Position numbers and translations under genes: made by a program. Below, piece after piece: positions 46,674 to 56,108 of a DNA stretch of 64,000 nucleotides (position 1 is its first letter; every line of letters starts with the position of its first letter). The notes under the pieces are model-generated. The model was not told the DNA's origin. It searched no databases and saw only the letters and a list, made by a program, of their open reading frames with translations. This DNA comes from Candidatus Magasanikiibacteriota bacterium. Its GTDB lineage: Bacteria > Patescibacteriota > Patescibacteriia > Magasanikbacterales > GWA2-37-8. The stretch covers positions 257,230 through 321,229 of the forward strand of contig JAPLWQ010000002.1 in NCBI GenBank assembly GCA_026396515.1, written 5' to 3'.

Positions 46674-49616
46674 ATGTACAACTCAACACAAGAAGAAAAC
46701 AAAATATTGAAATACTGGGATGAACATAAATGTTTTGAAAAGTCGGTGGAAAATCGTCCGAAAGATAAAGAATATTCTTTTTACGACGGGCCGCCATATG
46801 CCACCGGCACGCCTCACTATGGCCATTTGGTGGCTTCGCTCATGAAAGATATCGTGCCGCGTTATTTCACCATGCGCGGATTTAGGGTTGAACGTCGCTG
46901 GGGCTGGGATTGTCATGGTTTGCCCGTGGAAAATATTATTGAGCGCCAATTGCGTCTGAAAAATAAGAAAGATATTGAAAAATACGGTATTGATAAGTTT
47001 AATGAGGCCTGTCGCGCCACGGTGATGACTTACGCCAATGAATGGAAGCACACCATCAATCGCATGGGACGCTGGGTTGATATGGAGAATGACTACAAGA
47101 CCATGGATATAAATTTTATGGAAAGCGTGTGGTGGGTTTTTAAACAAATTTGGGACAAAGGGTTGATTTATAAGGGACACAAACCGATGCATATCTGCCC
47201 GCGCTGCGAGACGCCTCTTTCAAACTTTGAAGTGACGCAGGGTTATCAGGATGTAGAAGACATTTCCGTAACAGTCCGTTTCAAGGCCGTTGAGCCGGAG
47301 AAAATGGATTTTTATGAAGAATATGCCGGCCGCGATTTGTATATTCTCGCCTGGACAACTACCCCTTGGACTTTGCCGGGCAATGTTTTACTGGCGGTGA
47401 ACGAGCGGGTTGATTATGCGCTGGTGGAAATAGAGGGCGAAGAAGGTCTGTATATTTTATCACTTGAAAGAGCGCCGGCAGTACTGCACGACAAAAAATA
47501 TAAAGTATTGAAAGAATCCTTAGGCCGCGATTTGGTCGGCTTGTCTTATGAACCGCTTTTCCCGTATTTCAAAGAAACGCCGAAGGCTTTTCGAGTGGTC
47601 GCAGCCGATTTTGTGACAGTGGAAGACGGCGCCGGCGTTGTACATATTGCTCCGGCATTTGGCGAAGATGACTTTAACATCGGCGAGCGTGAAGGGCTGC
47701 CGCTTGTTCAGCATGTCGGTATGGATGGTTTGCTTTTGCCCTCAGTGGAAGATTTTGCCGGGCTTGAAGTAAAACCAAAAGGAAATCCGAAAGGGACGGA
47801 TCTTAAAATCGTTGACTGGCTTAAAGAAAATGGAAAGCTATTCGGTGAGCAAAAAATTCGCCATAGCTATCCTCACTGTTGGCGCTGCGACACACCTCTT
47901 CTAAATTATGCCACCGCCAGTTGGTTTATCCGCGTAACTGATTTCAAGCAGGAATTATTGGATAACAATCAGCACATTCATTGGGTTCCCGAGCATATTA
48001 AGGAAGGCCGTTTTGGCCAGTGGCTTGAAGGCGCCCGCGATTGGGCGATTTCCCGCAACCGTTTTTGGGGTACTCCATTGCCAATTTGGCAGGCGGAAGA
48101 TGGCGAGGCTTTATGCGTGGGCTCGGTAGAAGAGTTGGAAGAATTATCCGGAAAAAAAGTGACGGATTTGCATAAGCATATCGTGGATAAGATTGTGATA
48201 AAAAAGTCCGGCAAGGAATTCATCCGTGTTCCGGAAGTGCTTGATGTTTGGTTTGATTCCGGTTCAATGCCTTATGCGCAAATGCATTATCCGTTTGAAA
48301 ATAAAGAGAAAGTTGAAAGAAATTATCCGGCTGAATTTATTGCCGAAGGCCAGGATCAGACTCGCGGCTGGTTTTATACCCTGCATGTTTTGGCGGCCGC
48401 TTTGACCCATTCTCCGAATCCGTCCATTCCGGTGGATCGAGGACAGCCGGCATTTAAAAATTGTATCGTCAACGGAACTGTGTTGGCTGAAGATGGTAAA
48501 AAGATGTCAAAGCGTTTAAAAAATTATCCCGAGCCGGATATTTTGCTCGATAAATTCGGTGCTGATGCAGTGCGCTATTATTTGGCTGTATCTCCGGTAA
48601 TGGAAGCGGAGAATCTGAATTTTTCCGAGGTTGGCGTGAAAGAAGCGTTCAATAAATTGATCAACACCCTATGGAATGTGGTTGAGTTCTATAAGTTGTA
48701 CGCCGAGAATGGTGGAAAAAAGGAAAATGAAAAATTAAAGATCGATAATGTTTTAGACAAATGGATTATTGCCAAATTAAATATTTTGATCGGGCAGGTG
48801 ACGCAAGGCATGGAAGGCTATCGCATTATTGAGGCCAGCCGTCCGATCGGCGAGTTTGTCACAGAATTGTCACAGTGGTATGTGCGCCGGTCGCGCGACC
48901 GTTTTAAATCCGGTGATGAAAACGATAAAGAGGCGGCTTTGGCCACCTTGCGTGAAGTGCTTTTGACTTTATCAAAAGTGATGGCGCCGTTTACGCCGTT
49001 TATTGCTGAACGGATATATTTAGATTTGGGTGGCAAGGAAGAAAGTGTTCATTTGGATATGTGGCCTGAAGCAGATAATACGCTTATTGATGAAATCGTC
49101 ATTAATGATATGATAACTGTTCGGAAAGTGGTTGAACTTGGTTTGGCTACTCGAGCTGAAAAAACTCTGAAGGTGCGCCAACCGCTTGCAAAGCTTATTA
49201 TCAATAATGAGCAATTGTCAGAACAGATGAGAAATATTATTGCTGAAGAGTTAAATGTTAAAGCAGTGGAAGCGGCCAAGGAATTACCGTCCGGTGAAAA
49301 TTGGGCGGAGAAAGAAGATGGTGCTTTGCGGGTGGCTCTTGATACGCAAATTACCGAGGAACTGAAAAATGAGGGTTTGGTTCGTGAGTTTGTCCGTACA
49401 GTCAATCAAATGCGTAAGGAAATGAAGCTGACGGTAAACGATGAAGTGAAGCTGGTCTTTTCAGCCGACAGCGACGAACTGAAGAAGGTTATCGCTGATT
49501 ACGAAGACAAAATAAAGGCGAGTGTACTGGCAACCGGCGTTTCCGAAGGAGACGCAAGCGGCGGTGTTGAAGCAGATGTCGCCGGTTTTGCGGTATTGAT
49601 AAAGATTTCACGTTAG
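46674..49616 (+). CDS. ileS: Isoleucine--tRNA ligase
   Basis: HYGH and KMSKR class-I motifs, CP1 editing domain, full length. ATG at 46674 (MYNSTQEE); the track's start at 46584 is an over-extension into the leader. Confidence 0.95.
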   Translation: MYNSTQEENKILKYWDEHKCFEKSVENRPKDKEYSFYDGPPYATGTPHYGHLVASLMKDIVPRYFTMRGFRVERRWGWDCHGLPVENIIERQLRLKNKKDIEKYGIDKFNEACRATVMTYANEWKHTINRMGRWVDMENDYKTMDINFMESVWWVFKQIWDKGLIYKGHKPMHICPRCETPLSNFEVTQGYQDVEDISVTVRFKAVEPEKMDFYEEYAGRDLYILAWTTTPWTLPGNVLLAVNERVDYALVEIEGEEGLYILSLERAPAVLHDKKYKVLKESLGRDLVGLSYEPLFPYFKETPKAFRVVAADFVTVEDGAGVVHIAPAFGEDDFNIGEREGLPLVQHVGMDGLLLPSVEDFAGLEVKPKGNPKGTDLKIVDWLKENGKLFGEQKIRHSYPHCWRCDTPLLNYATASWFIRVTDFKQELLDNNQHIHWVPEHIKEGRFGQWLEGARDWAISRNRFWGTPLPIWQAEDGEALCVGSVEELEELSGKKVTDLHKHIVDKIVIKKSGKEFIRVPEVLDVWFDSGSMPYAQMHYPFENKEKVERNYPAEFIAEGQDQTRGWFYTLHVLAAALTHSPNPSIPVDRGQPAFKNCIVNGTVLAEDGKKMSKRLKNYPEPDILLDKFGADAVRYYLAVSPVMEAENLNFSEVGVKEAFNKLINTLWNVVEFYKLYAENGGKKENEKLKIDNVLDKWIIAKLNILIGQVTQGMEGYRIIEASRPIGEFVTELSQWYVRRSRDRFKSGDENDKEAALATLREVLLTLSKVMAPFTPFIAERIYLDLGGKEESVHLDMWPEADNTLIDEIVINDMITVRKVVELGLATRAEKTLKVRQPLAKLIINNEQLSEQMRNIIAEELNVKAVEAAKELPSGENWAEKEDGALRVALDTQITEELKNEGLVREFVRTVNQMRKEMKLTVNDEVKLVFSADSDELKKVIADYEDKIKASVLATGVSEGDASGGVEADVAGFAVLIKISR

Positions 49617-49666
49617 TTGCCGGTCGTGCTATAATCGGAATGAAGTATTTTTGATTTTCATTATTT

Positions 49667-50233
49667 ATGATATCAGTTGTAAGCGGAAAAATTATTTCCA
49701 ACAACGGACCCGAAGTGGTGTTGATGACCGCCGGAGGAGTCGGTTATAAGATTTTGGTTAATGCCTCGCGGAGTGATCGCTGGCCGACCGGTTCGGAGAC
49801 GCAGATTTTGACGTACATGGTTGTGCGTGAAGATGCCATGGAATTATTCGGCTTTGGGTCAGAAGCGGAGCGCCAATTATTTTTGAAACTTTTATCCGTA
49901 AGCGGCATTGGGCCGAAAAGCGCGTTACATGTTTTGTCTCTTGGTGAAGTGGGCGAAATCAACGCCGGGATCGCGCGCGGTGATGTGGAATTTCTGACAC
50001 GTGTTAGTGGTGTGGGTAAAAAAACCGCCGAACGAATTGTGGTGGAATTAAAGTCAAAGATGGTGGATATTAATGATGTGCTTGGCGGAGGTAAAGGCAA
50101 AGTGGGCGAAGTGATTGAAGGATTGATTTCTCTTGGTTATTCGGCGGCTGATGCCCGGGAGGCAGTAAATGGATTGCCGGATTTGCCGAGTGAACAACTG
50201 ATAAGGGAAGCATTGAAGAGATTAAGTAAATAG
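49667..50233 (+). CDS. ruvA: Holliday junction branch-migration complex subunit RuvA
   Basis: N-terminal OB fold, two HhH motifs (GIGPKSA, GVGKKTA), C-terminal RuvB-binding domain. Confidence 0.9.
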   Translation: MISVVSGKIISNNGPEVVLMTAGGVGYKILVNASRSDRWPTGSETQILTYMVVREDAMELFGFGSEAERQLFLKLLSVSGIGPKSALHVLSLGEVGEINAGIARGDVEFLTRVSGVGKKTAERIVVELKSKMVDINDVLGGGKGKVGEVIEGLISLGYSAADAREAVNGLPDLPSEQLIREALKRLSK

Positions 50234-50248
50234 CACACATTAGCCAAA

Positions 50249-50276
50249 AAAGACGCCAGAACGGCGTCTTTTTTTA
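50249..50276 (+). terminator. ruvA terminator
   Basis: AGACGCC-agaa-CGGCGTCT hairpin plus T8. Confidence 0.65.
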
Positions 50277-50287
50277 GTTATCGGCCC

Positions 50288-50316
50288 TTGACACAATAGC
50301 CAAAGTGTGATATATT
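50288..50316 (+). promoter_or_regulatory. Promoter of the putative ncRNA
   Basis: TTGACACAAT, 17-nt spacer, extended -10 TGaTATATT. Confidence 0.5.
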
Positions 50317-50322
50317 ACTGTT

Positions 50323-50586
50323 TTCCCAAAGTCGCCTAGCGGGCTTTGGGTGAGAGGATCCCCTTGGGTCTCTTTTCAAAGGACAGCTAGGCTCTTGCCA
50401 ATGGCGATTCCCGGCCAGGTAGGGGAACAACAGGGGTGAGCCTGGGATCGATGGTCTCGCGACCCGGGCAATAGACAGAGACCACGCTTGGCCTTTTTGC
50501 CCTGTTCAGGGCCACGCGTTACAAGGAACGGGCGCTCCTTCTGCACGCCCCCGGTAGCTTCAAGCCACCGGGGGCACTTTTTTTTA
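50323..50586 (+). ncRNA. Unidentified GC-rich structured ncRNA candidate (~265 nt) with its own promoter and terminator
   Basis: No ORF. GC clearly above the surroundings. A 5' hairpin CCCAAAG...CUUUGGG and internal hairpins. It ends in GCCCCCGG...CCGGGGGC plus U8. Motifs faintly reminiscent of RNase P (AAAGUC..GGGCU; ACAGAGACC..GCUU), but the identity is unresolved. Confidence 0.45.
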
Positions 50587-50617
50587 AAAAACACTCCGTT
50601 CTTTACGGAGTGTTTTA
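50586..50617 (-). terminator. gatB terminator
   Basis: ACACTCCG-ttcttta-CGGAGTGT hairpin; T-run on the minus strand. Confidence 0.55.
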
Positions 50618-50635
50618 AATTCAGTGCTTAAATTA

Positions 50636-52186
50636 TTATTTTGTCTTATCCCTTAATAATTTTTCTGCCACTACCGGATCGGCCGAACCCTCCGATGCTT
50701 TCATTACCATGCCAAGTAAAAATTTTATTATCGGTTCCTTGCCGGCCCTAAACTCGGCCACTTGATCGGGATAGCTTTTTAAAATTTCTTCAACCATCGC
50801 CCCGATCTTGCCCTCATCGCTCACTTGACCATAGCCCTTGTCTTCCATAATATGCGTCGGGTCCATGTCCGTGCCAGAATCCAGCATCTCGCCGAGAATT
50901 TTTTGCGCGTTGGTGGAATTAACCCGGCCTGTATAAATTAGGGCGACCAGCTCGGCAAAATTTTCCGGTTTTAATTTTAAGATTCGGATATCAATCTTTC
51001 GGTCGCTCATTGCTCCCATTAATTTGGAAGTAATCCATCCGCCGGCCAGCTTGGCGAGCTCTTTTTGTTTTTGAATTGTTAAATCCTCTGACATTTTTTT
51101 TGATTCCGGCAAGCATTCCAGCCACTCCATAAGTTCACTCATAACTTGTTCTGCAAAATCGCTTAAATTTTCGTCACTGGTTAGAAGATATGCGTCGGCA
51201 TAAGAAAAGCCGTATTCTTCATGGAAGCGGGTGCGACGAGCGGAAGGCAACTCCGGCAAATTGATTTTACCGGTGATTTTTTCCGGTTCAAACGGCGGGA
51301 TATCCGGTTCGGGGAAATAGCGGTAATCGGCCGATGTTTCTTTCTCTCTTTGCATGTAGGTTTCGCCTTTGGCATCATCCCATCCCCGGGTTTGCTGTTT
51401 CCAGCTTTCGCCGCGCTCGATCATTTCCGTTTGACGTTTTATTTCAAAATCAATCGCTCTTTCTATAGCGCGGAAAGAATTTATGTTTTTACATTCAACT
51501 TTTGGATTCAGTTCGTAGTCGCCGGTCGGATTAACGACGCTATTTTTTATTTCAAATTTTCCCTCATCCTGTATTGAAATATTTGCCTCACAGCGCATAT
51601 GGCCTTTCTCCATATCCGCGTCAGAGACGCCGAGATAGCGGAAAATCATTTGCAGCTCCTGACAATAGGCCTTGGCTTCCGCAGCGCTTTGAATATCAGG
51701 ATCTGAAACTATTTCAACCAGTGGCAGGCCGGCGCGATTAAAATCAACCAGCGTGTTGCCTTTGTCATCATGCAGAAGTTTCGCCGTATCTTCCTCCAGA
51801 TGGACGCGTGTAATGCCGATTTTCGGCGCGGCGCGTAAATTATCGGTGGTGCGCAAATCAAGATTAATTGAGCCGTGCTCGCCGATCGGCTGGTCGTATT
51901 GCGAGATTTGATAACCCTTGGGCAGATCGGGATAAAAATAATGTTTGCGGTCAAACTTGCTCCATTTGTTTATTTCGCAACCAAGCGCTTTGGCGATTTT
52001 TACCGTATCAACGGTTGCCTGTTTATTGGGAACAGGCAAAGTGCCCGGGTGAGCCAGGCAGATTTCGCATATGTTCGTATTTGGCGCCTCGCGGTCCGGA
52101 TTATTCGGGCAGGAACAAAACATCTTGCTTTTTGTATTCAGTTCAACGTGAATTTCCAGGCCGATTATGGGGATGTATTTGGGCAT
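50636..52186 (-). CDS. gatB: Asp-tRNA(Asn)/Glu-tRNA(Gln) amidotransferase subunit B
   Basis: MPKYIPIIGLEIHVELNTKSKMFCSCPN N-terminus and a C-terminal YqeY-like domain. Confidence 0.9.
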   Translation of the reverse strand: MPKYIPIIGLEIHVELNTKSKMFCSCPNNPDREAPNTNICEICLAHPGTLPVPNKQATVDTVKIAKALGCEINKWSKFDRKHYFYPDLPKGYQISQYDQPIGEHGSINLDLRTTDNLRAAPKIGITRVHLEEDTAKLLHDDKGNTLVDFNRAGLPLVEIVSDPDIQSAAEAKAYCQELQMIFRYLGVSDADMEKGHMRCEANISIQDEGKFEIKNSVVNPTGDYELNPKVECKNINSFRAIERAIDFEIKRQTEMIERGESWKQQTRGWDDAKGETYMQREKETSADYRYFPEPDIPPFEPEKITGKINLPELPSARRTRFHEEYGFSYADAYLLTSDENLSDFAEQVMSELMEWLECLPESKKMSEDLTIQKQKELAKLAGGWITSKLMGAMSDRKIDIRILKLKPENFAELVALIYTGRVNSTNAQKILGEMLDSGTDMDPTHIMEDKGYGQVSDEGKIGAMVEEILKSYPDQVAEFRAGKEPIIKFLLGMVMKASEGSADPVVAEKLLRDKTK

Positions 52187-52284
52187 AGTGGATAAATATA
52201 AGTAAACCTATTATAGCCGAGGTTACGCCGCTTTGGCAAATAAAAAACCGTCAGTCATGTGCTGGCGGTTTTTAAATATGAAAT

Positions 52285-53046
52285 TTATTTCTTCACTTCC
52301 ACCAACGGTTTAATTTGTGCCGGATTTTCTTTGGCGCTAAAGTAGAGAAGGATGGTAGTGAGCGCCGTGAGAGGTGAAATAACGGCGCTTAAAATACTGG
52401 TAATAAGGCCGTTAATGATAAAGAATGTAAAGCTGGATAAAAGCAAGCTTAACAAATATGTCAGGGAATAGCTAAGTATAATGAATATCAGGGCGTAGAA
52501 GAAGCCCGGCGCAAAAAGACGCCAGAAAATTGCCCACCAGCGGCCAACTACGAGTTCTTTGCTTGCCTTTAGGGCGTTCGCACCCCGTTTTTCCTCGAAT
52601 AATATTGTGTAAAAAGTAAATGAAAACCAAATGCTAAAAATAATGCCGGGAATAATAAAGAGGATTGTGCCGCCGACGACAATCAGAAATAGTAATAGGG
52701 AGGTGTATATAACCGGCCAGATTAGATGGCTGGTGGAAGAGAAAGATTCTTTGTAGGTGAGGGCGGTTTTATTGCCGATTATTGAGCCAAGATTTTTTGC
52801 AATGGACATGGAAGCCCAGACAGTAAAAATGATGCTGGCAACAAAAATGGCGATAACAATCAGATTGTTGGTTAGAACAAAGGCGTCGGATGTGGCAAAG
52901 CGGTCAAGGTATAAACTGGCAATGCCGGCAATTCCCAGCACAAAATTTGGCACAAACAGCAAAAGCATATATGGAATAAGTTTCTTCCAATTTTCCAAAT
53001 ATGTCTGCCAGCTATTTTTAATGATTTCTCCAGCTTTTATAAGCAT
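52285..53046 (-). CDS. Hypothetical polytopic membrane protein (253 aa)
   Basis: 6-8 TM helices; no motif recognised. Confidence 0.45.
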   Translation of the reverse strand: MLIKAGEIIKNSWQTYLENWKKLIPYMLLLFVPNFVLGIAGIASLYLDRFATSDAFVLTNNLIVIAIFVASIIFTVWASMSIAKNLGSIIGNKTALTYKESFSSTSHLIWPVIYTSLLLFLIVVGGTILFIIPGIIFSIWFSFTFYTILFEEKRGANALKASKELVVGRWWAIFWRLFAPGFFYALIFIILSYSLTYLLSLLLSSFTFFIINGLITSILSAVISPLTALTTILLYFSAKENPAQIKPLVEVKK

Positions 53047-53055
53047 AGATAATAA

Positions 53056-53760
53056 TTAATTTGATAAAATTCGCCGCAGTAGGATTACGGCCTGCTCCTT
53101 CATTGTATCAACTTTTACGTTTGTCGGCAACAGCTTGATTTTTGTTCCTTTGTCCGTGAACAAACTTTGGAATTCCGGTGTTTGATATTGAGCCTGTAAT
53201 TTTTTCAGAAAACCGAGTTTTTCAAAAATTGCGCCGTCCTTTTTGCCGGTTCTGCCCTCCAGGCGAGCCAGCGCTTCTTCAGCCGGAAGGTCGCATAGTA
53301 CCAGAAAGTCCGGCCGGTGTTCAAGCGCCAAACGATTTCCCGGTAAGTCGGCTATTTTATTAAATGTTAATTCAGCAGATTGAAGTGATTGGTAGGCGAG
53401 CGACGAGCTCACGCCGCGGTCTTGGATAACGTATCTGCCTTCTTTAAGGAGCGGGACTATCACTTTTGTATAGAGAATTAGCCGGTCAAGTGAGAACGCC
53501 TCGGCGACTGCTTGCGGCGGATAGTCGGGCCGTCGCACCAGTTCATTGCGAATAACACTGCCAACGCCGGTATAGGTCGGCTCGCAGGAAAAAATAAAGT
53601 CATAAGCCTTCATTTCAGACAGTTCAGGATAGCGCCCGGTGGTTTGCCAATAATTTTTTAAGTCAAAAATACCGTTGCCCTGCGCGGAGATGTCATCTTT
53701 CCATGCTTGGAGAATAGTGCTTTTACCCGAGCCGTCAATACCGTCAAGCATTATAAACAT
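53056..53760 (-). CDS. tmk: Thymidylate (dTMP) kinase-like P-loop kinase
   Basis: IMLDGIDGSGKST P-loop, DR motif; sits in the dTMP operon. Confidence 0.6.
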   Translation of the reverse strand: MFIMLDGIDGSGKSTILQAWKDDISAQGNGIFDLKNYWQTTGRYPELSEMKAYDFIFSCEPTYTGVGSVIRNELVRRPDYPPQAVAEAFSLDRLILYTKVIVPLLKEGRYVIQDRGVSSSLAYQSLQSAELTFNKIADLPGNRLALEHRPDFLVLCDLPAEEALARLEGRTGKKDGAIFEKLGFLKKLQAQYQTPEFQSLFTDKGTKIKLLPTNVKVDTMKEQAVILLRRILSN

Positions 53761-53772
53761 ATTATAAAAGAA

Positions 53773-54282
53773 TTATTTTATAACGCGGTACCTCACCTGT
53801 AAAACGTTCTCGTCAATTTTTTCCACGGAAATCAGTTCAAGATTCAAATTTACATCGGCGCCATTGAACAGAGGAAGGCCTTCGCCGAAAATTTTAGGTT
53901 CAATGGTCAGCCAGATTTCATCAATCAGACTTTCCTTCAAGAATGAACCATTGACCGTGGCGCCGCCGCCTAGTATTACGGTTTCAAATCCGCGTTTTTC
54001 AAGCAGAGAAACAATTTCTTTCGGCGTGGCTTTGATAAATTCCAAACTGCCCGGAATGCTTTCATGTCTCTCCGGTTCATGGGATAAAACAATGTTGAGC
54101 CGGTTGGGCAGGGGACGGCCGATAGTGTTATAGGTGGTTTCGCCCATTACAATCACGCCGGCTTTTTTGGTTTCAGCCACAAACATTTTTTTGTCTGCTT
54201 TGCTGGTCCAATCTGCAAATTGATTTGCATGTTTTGCGATTTTTCCATCAAGCGTAATGGCCATGAGAAGTATTGTTTTCAT
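53773..54282 (-). CDS. folA: Dihydrofolate reductase
   Basis: TYNTIGRPLPNRLNIVLS matches the DHFR core (TWESIGRPLPGRKNIILS in E. coli). GGG and LTIEPKIFGEG motifs. Confidence 0.7.
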   Translation of the reverse strand: MKTILLMAITLDGKIAKHANQFADWTSKADKKMFVAETKKAGVIVMGETTYNTIGRPLPNRLNIVLSHEPERHESIPGSLEFIKATPKEIVSLLEKRGFETVILGGGATVNGSFLKESLIDEIWLTIEPKIFGEGLPLFNGADVNLNLELISVEKIDENVLQVRYRVIK

Positions 54283-54291
54283 CTGGTTATG

Positions 54292-55920
54292 TTATGCGGC
54301 GTTAGTCGGTATACCTGCTTCGCGGCGGGCGGTCGTTAGGTCCTCTTCTTCTTCCTCTTCCTCTTCTTCAGGCGTTTCAGCCGTTTCGCCTTTGAGGAGG
54401 TCGATTACGGACTGGTCCACTTTATTGTTCTTCATTTCCTCGACTGAAACATTTTCAAATGCCTTTTTAAATTTTTCGATCGCCGCCGGATCATCACCGA
54501 TTGCCTCAACGGTGTGCCCGATAATATTGGTATCATCAAAATCAAAGATGGTTATTTTATCCTTGCTTAAAATGATAGCTTTTTTTCTCGGATCCTTGCC
54601 GAAATTCATACCCACATCACCTTCGCCGCTGAAGCCGATTGTATCCGGATCAGCTGACGGAATTTTTTCTCTGGCCATTTTTTTCTCCCCGGCAGCTTCT
54701 ACTGGTTTGCCTTTTAATAATTCTATTACTGTTTTATCAACATTATATTTTTTAAGATCCTCGGCAGAGGTGCTTTCGAATGCCTGTTTAAACTTTGCGA
54801 TTGCTGATTCATTATTTACAATTGGTTCAATGTGATAGCCGGTTTGCTGGCCGTTTTCATCAAGATCAAAAACAAATAATTTGTCATTCTCGAGAACAAT
54901 TTTTTTGTCAGGAAATTTCATTGTTAGTGAGCCGTCGGCGGAAATACCCGTGGAACGAGGATTTTCTTTTGGTATTAAAGGTTTATTGTCAGTTTCCCCA
55001 AGTTTTTCAATGTTTTTTTGCGCTGCCGCTATCGCGGCTTCGGCCTCTTGTTTTGAATCAAATTCTTTTTCAAACCAACTAACCACAGCGTGGCTTCCAT
55101 CTGCCAATTCCATAGTTGCACCAGGTAATTTGGCAGCGAATTTTTTATTCGAAGTTTGGCGGATTTCGAATGGTTTAAGATTTATCTTTTCCGCTGGTTT
55201 GATCACATCTTTTTTTGCGCCTTCTTCAACCGCATCCAATAGTTCCATTCCTTGGCCAATTCTTTCCTTTTCATCTTCTGCAAATTTTTGTTCTGCCGCA
55301 GGCATCCCGGCAACCAGTTCGCCTGCTTTTTCCTGCATGGTCAGCCGGTCAACTTCAGATAGATAGAAGGCCTTTTCATTTTCATCTTCTGCATTATCCG
55401 CGTCAGTTTTTAACTGAGCGATCTTGGCTTCTAAATCGGTCATTTCTGGAGCGGTTTCAGCGGATTTTTGATTTGCCGCGACCAAGGATTCTTCAGTCGG
55501 AATTCCAGCATCAATGCCTGTTTCAGCGGTTTTTTGAGCGTCGCCCATCATAGCATCCAGCCGTGCCAAAGTATCTACGGAAGCCTCGGCGATTTTGGGA
55601 GCAATAGTGCCGCCTTCTTTCATTGTATTAATAAGGCGTTGATCTTCTTGCAATTTCAACTTCACCTCCTCGGCTTGGCTAAATATTTCTTTCTTTGCGT
55701 CTTTTGCCGCGTCTTTTAAGAGCTGTTCCTCTTTTTCTCCAGCTTCAATTTCGGCAAAAATAGCCTTGTCCATGTCGGTCCAGTATTTTTCTGACCCAAT
55801 ATTTACAACTTTCGCCATTATTTCGCGAAATAAGCCGGGCCTTTTCGGTATTTTTTCAGGTTGTTTTGCTTCTGCCGGCGCTTCTGTCTTTGGTGTTTGT
55901 TCGCTTTTGTTTATTGCCAT
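54292..55920 (-). CDS. Large hypothetical protein (542 aa) with a coiled-coil N-terminal half, two ~95-aa internal repeats and a poly-Glu C-terminus; embedded in the dTMP operon
   Basis: Internal repeat ...FDLDENGQQTGYHIEPIVNNESAIAKFKQAFE...LLKGKP and ...FDFDDTNIIGHTVEAIGDDPAAIEKFKKAFE...LLKGET; EEEEEEEEED tail. Confidence 0.5.
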   Translation of the reverse strand: MAINKSEQTPKTEAPAEAKQPEKIPKRPGLFREIMAKVVNIGSEKYWTDMDKAIFAEIEAGEKEEQLLKDAAKDAKKEIFSQAEEVKLKLQEDQRLINTMKEGGTIAPKIAEASVDTLARLDAMMGDAQKTAETGIDAGIPTEESLVAANQKSAETAPEMTDLEAKIAQLKTDADNAEDENEKAFYLSEVDRLTMQEKAGELVAGMPAAEQKFAEDEKERIGQGMELLDAVEEGAKKDVIKPAEKINLKPFEIRQTSNKKFAAKLPGATMELADGSHAVVSWFEKEFDSKQEAEAAIAAAQKNIEKLGETDNKPLIPKENPRSTGISADGSLTMKFPDKKIVLENDKLFVFDLDENGQQTGYHIEPIVNNESAIAKFKQAFESTSAEDLKKYNVDKTVIELLKGKPVEAAGEKKMAREKIPSADPDTIGFSGEGDVGMNFGKDPRKKAIILSKDKITIFDFDDTNIIGHTVEAIGDDPAAIEKFKKAFENVSVEEMKNNKVDQSVIDLLKGETAETPEEEEEEEEEDLTTARREAGIPTNAA

Positions 55921-55921
55921 A

Positions 55922-56101
55922 TTATGGTTGGATTGTATTTATTATTTCTTTTATTCTAGAAATTTTTTCCTGATCGGATTCTTTAACGGCGGCTTTTAAA
56001 ATATCCTTGCTCTCACCTTTGATTTTTTCAATTGTTTTTAAAAATTCATCCATAGCCAGATTCATCTGATGGATTTTTTGTTTTAGTTCTTCATTGTCCA
56101 T
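55922..56101 (-). CDS. Unannotated 59-aa ORF between thyA and the 542-aa gene (MDNEELKQKIHQMNLAMDEFLKTIEKIKGESKDILKAAVKESDQEKISRIKEIINTIQP)
   Basis: Exactly fills the gap: it starts 8 nt after the thyA stop, and its stop is 1 nt before the next start. Helical, coiled-coil-like composition; no clear SD. Confidence 0.35.
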   Translation of the reverse strand: MDNEELKQKIHQMNLAMDEFLKTIEKIKGESKDILKAAVKESDQEKISRIKEIINTIQP

Positions 56102-56108
56102 ATTATTT

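Noticed and set aside
50376-50594. Minus-strand 72-aa ORF MFFKKKCPRWLEATGG...
   Set aside because: It lies antisense within the GC-rich putative ncRNA. The region has a plus-strand promoter and terminator and no RBS for this frame.
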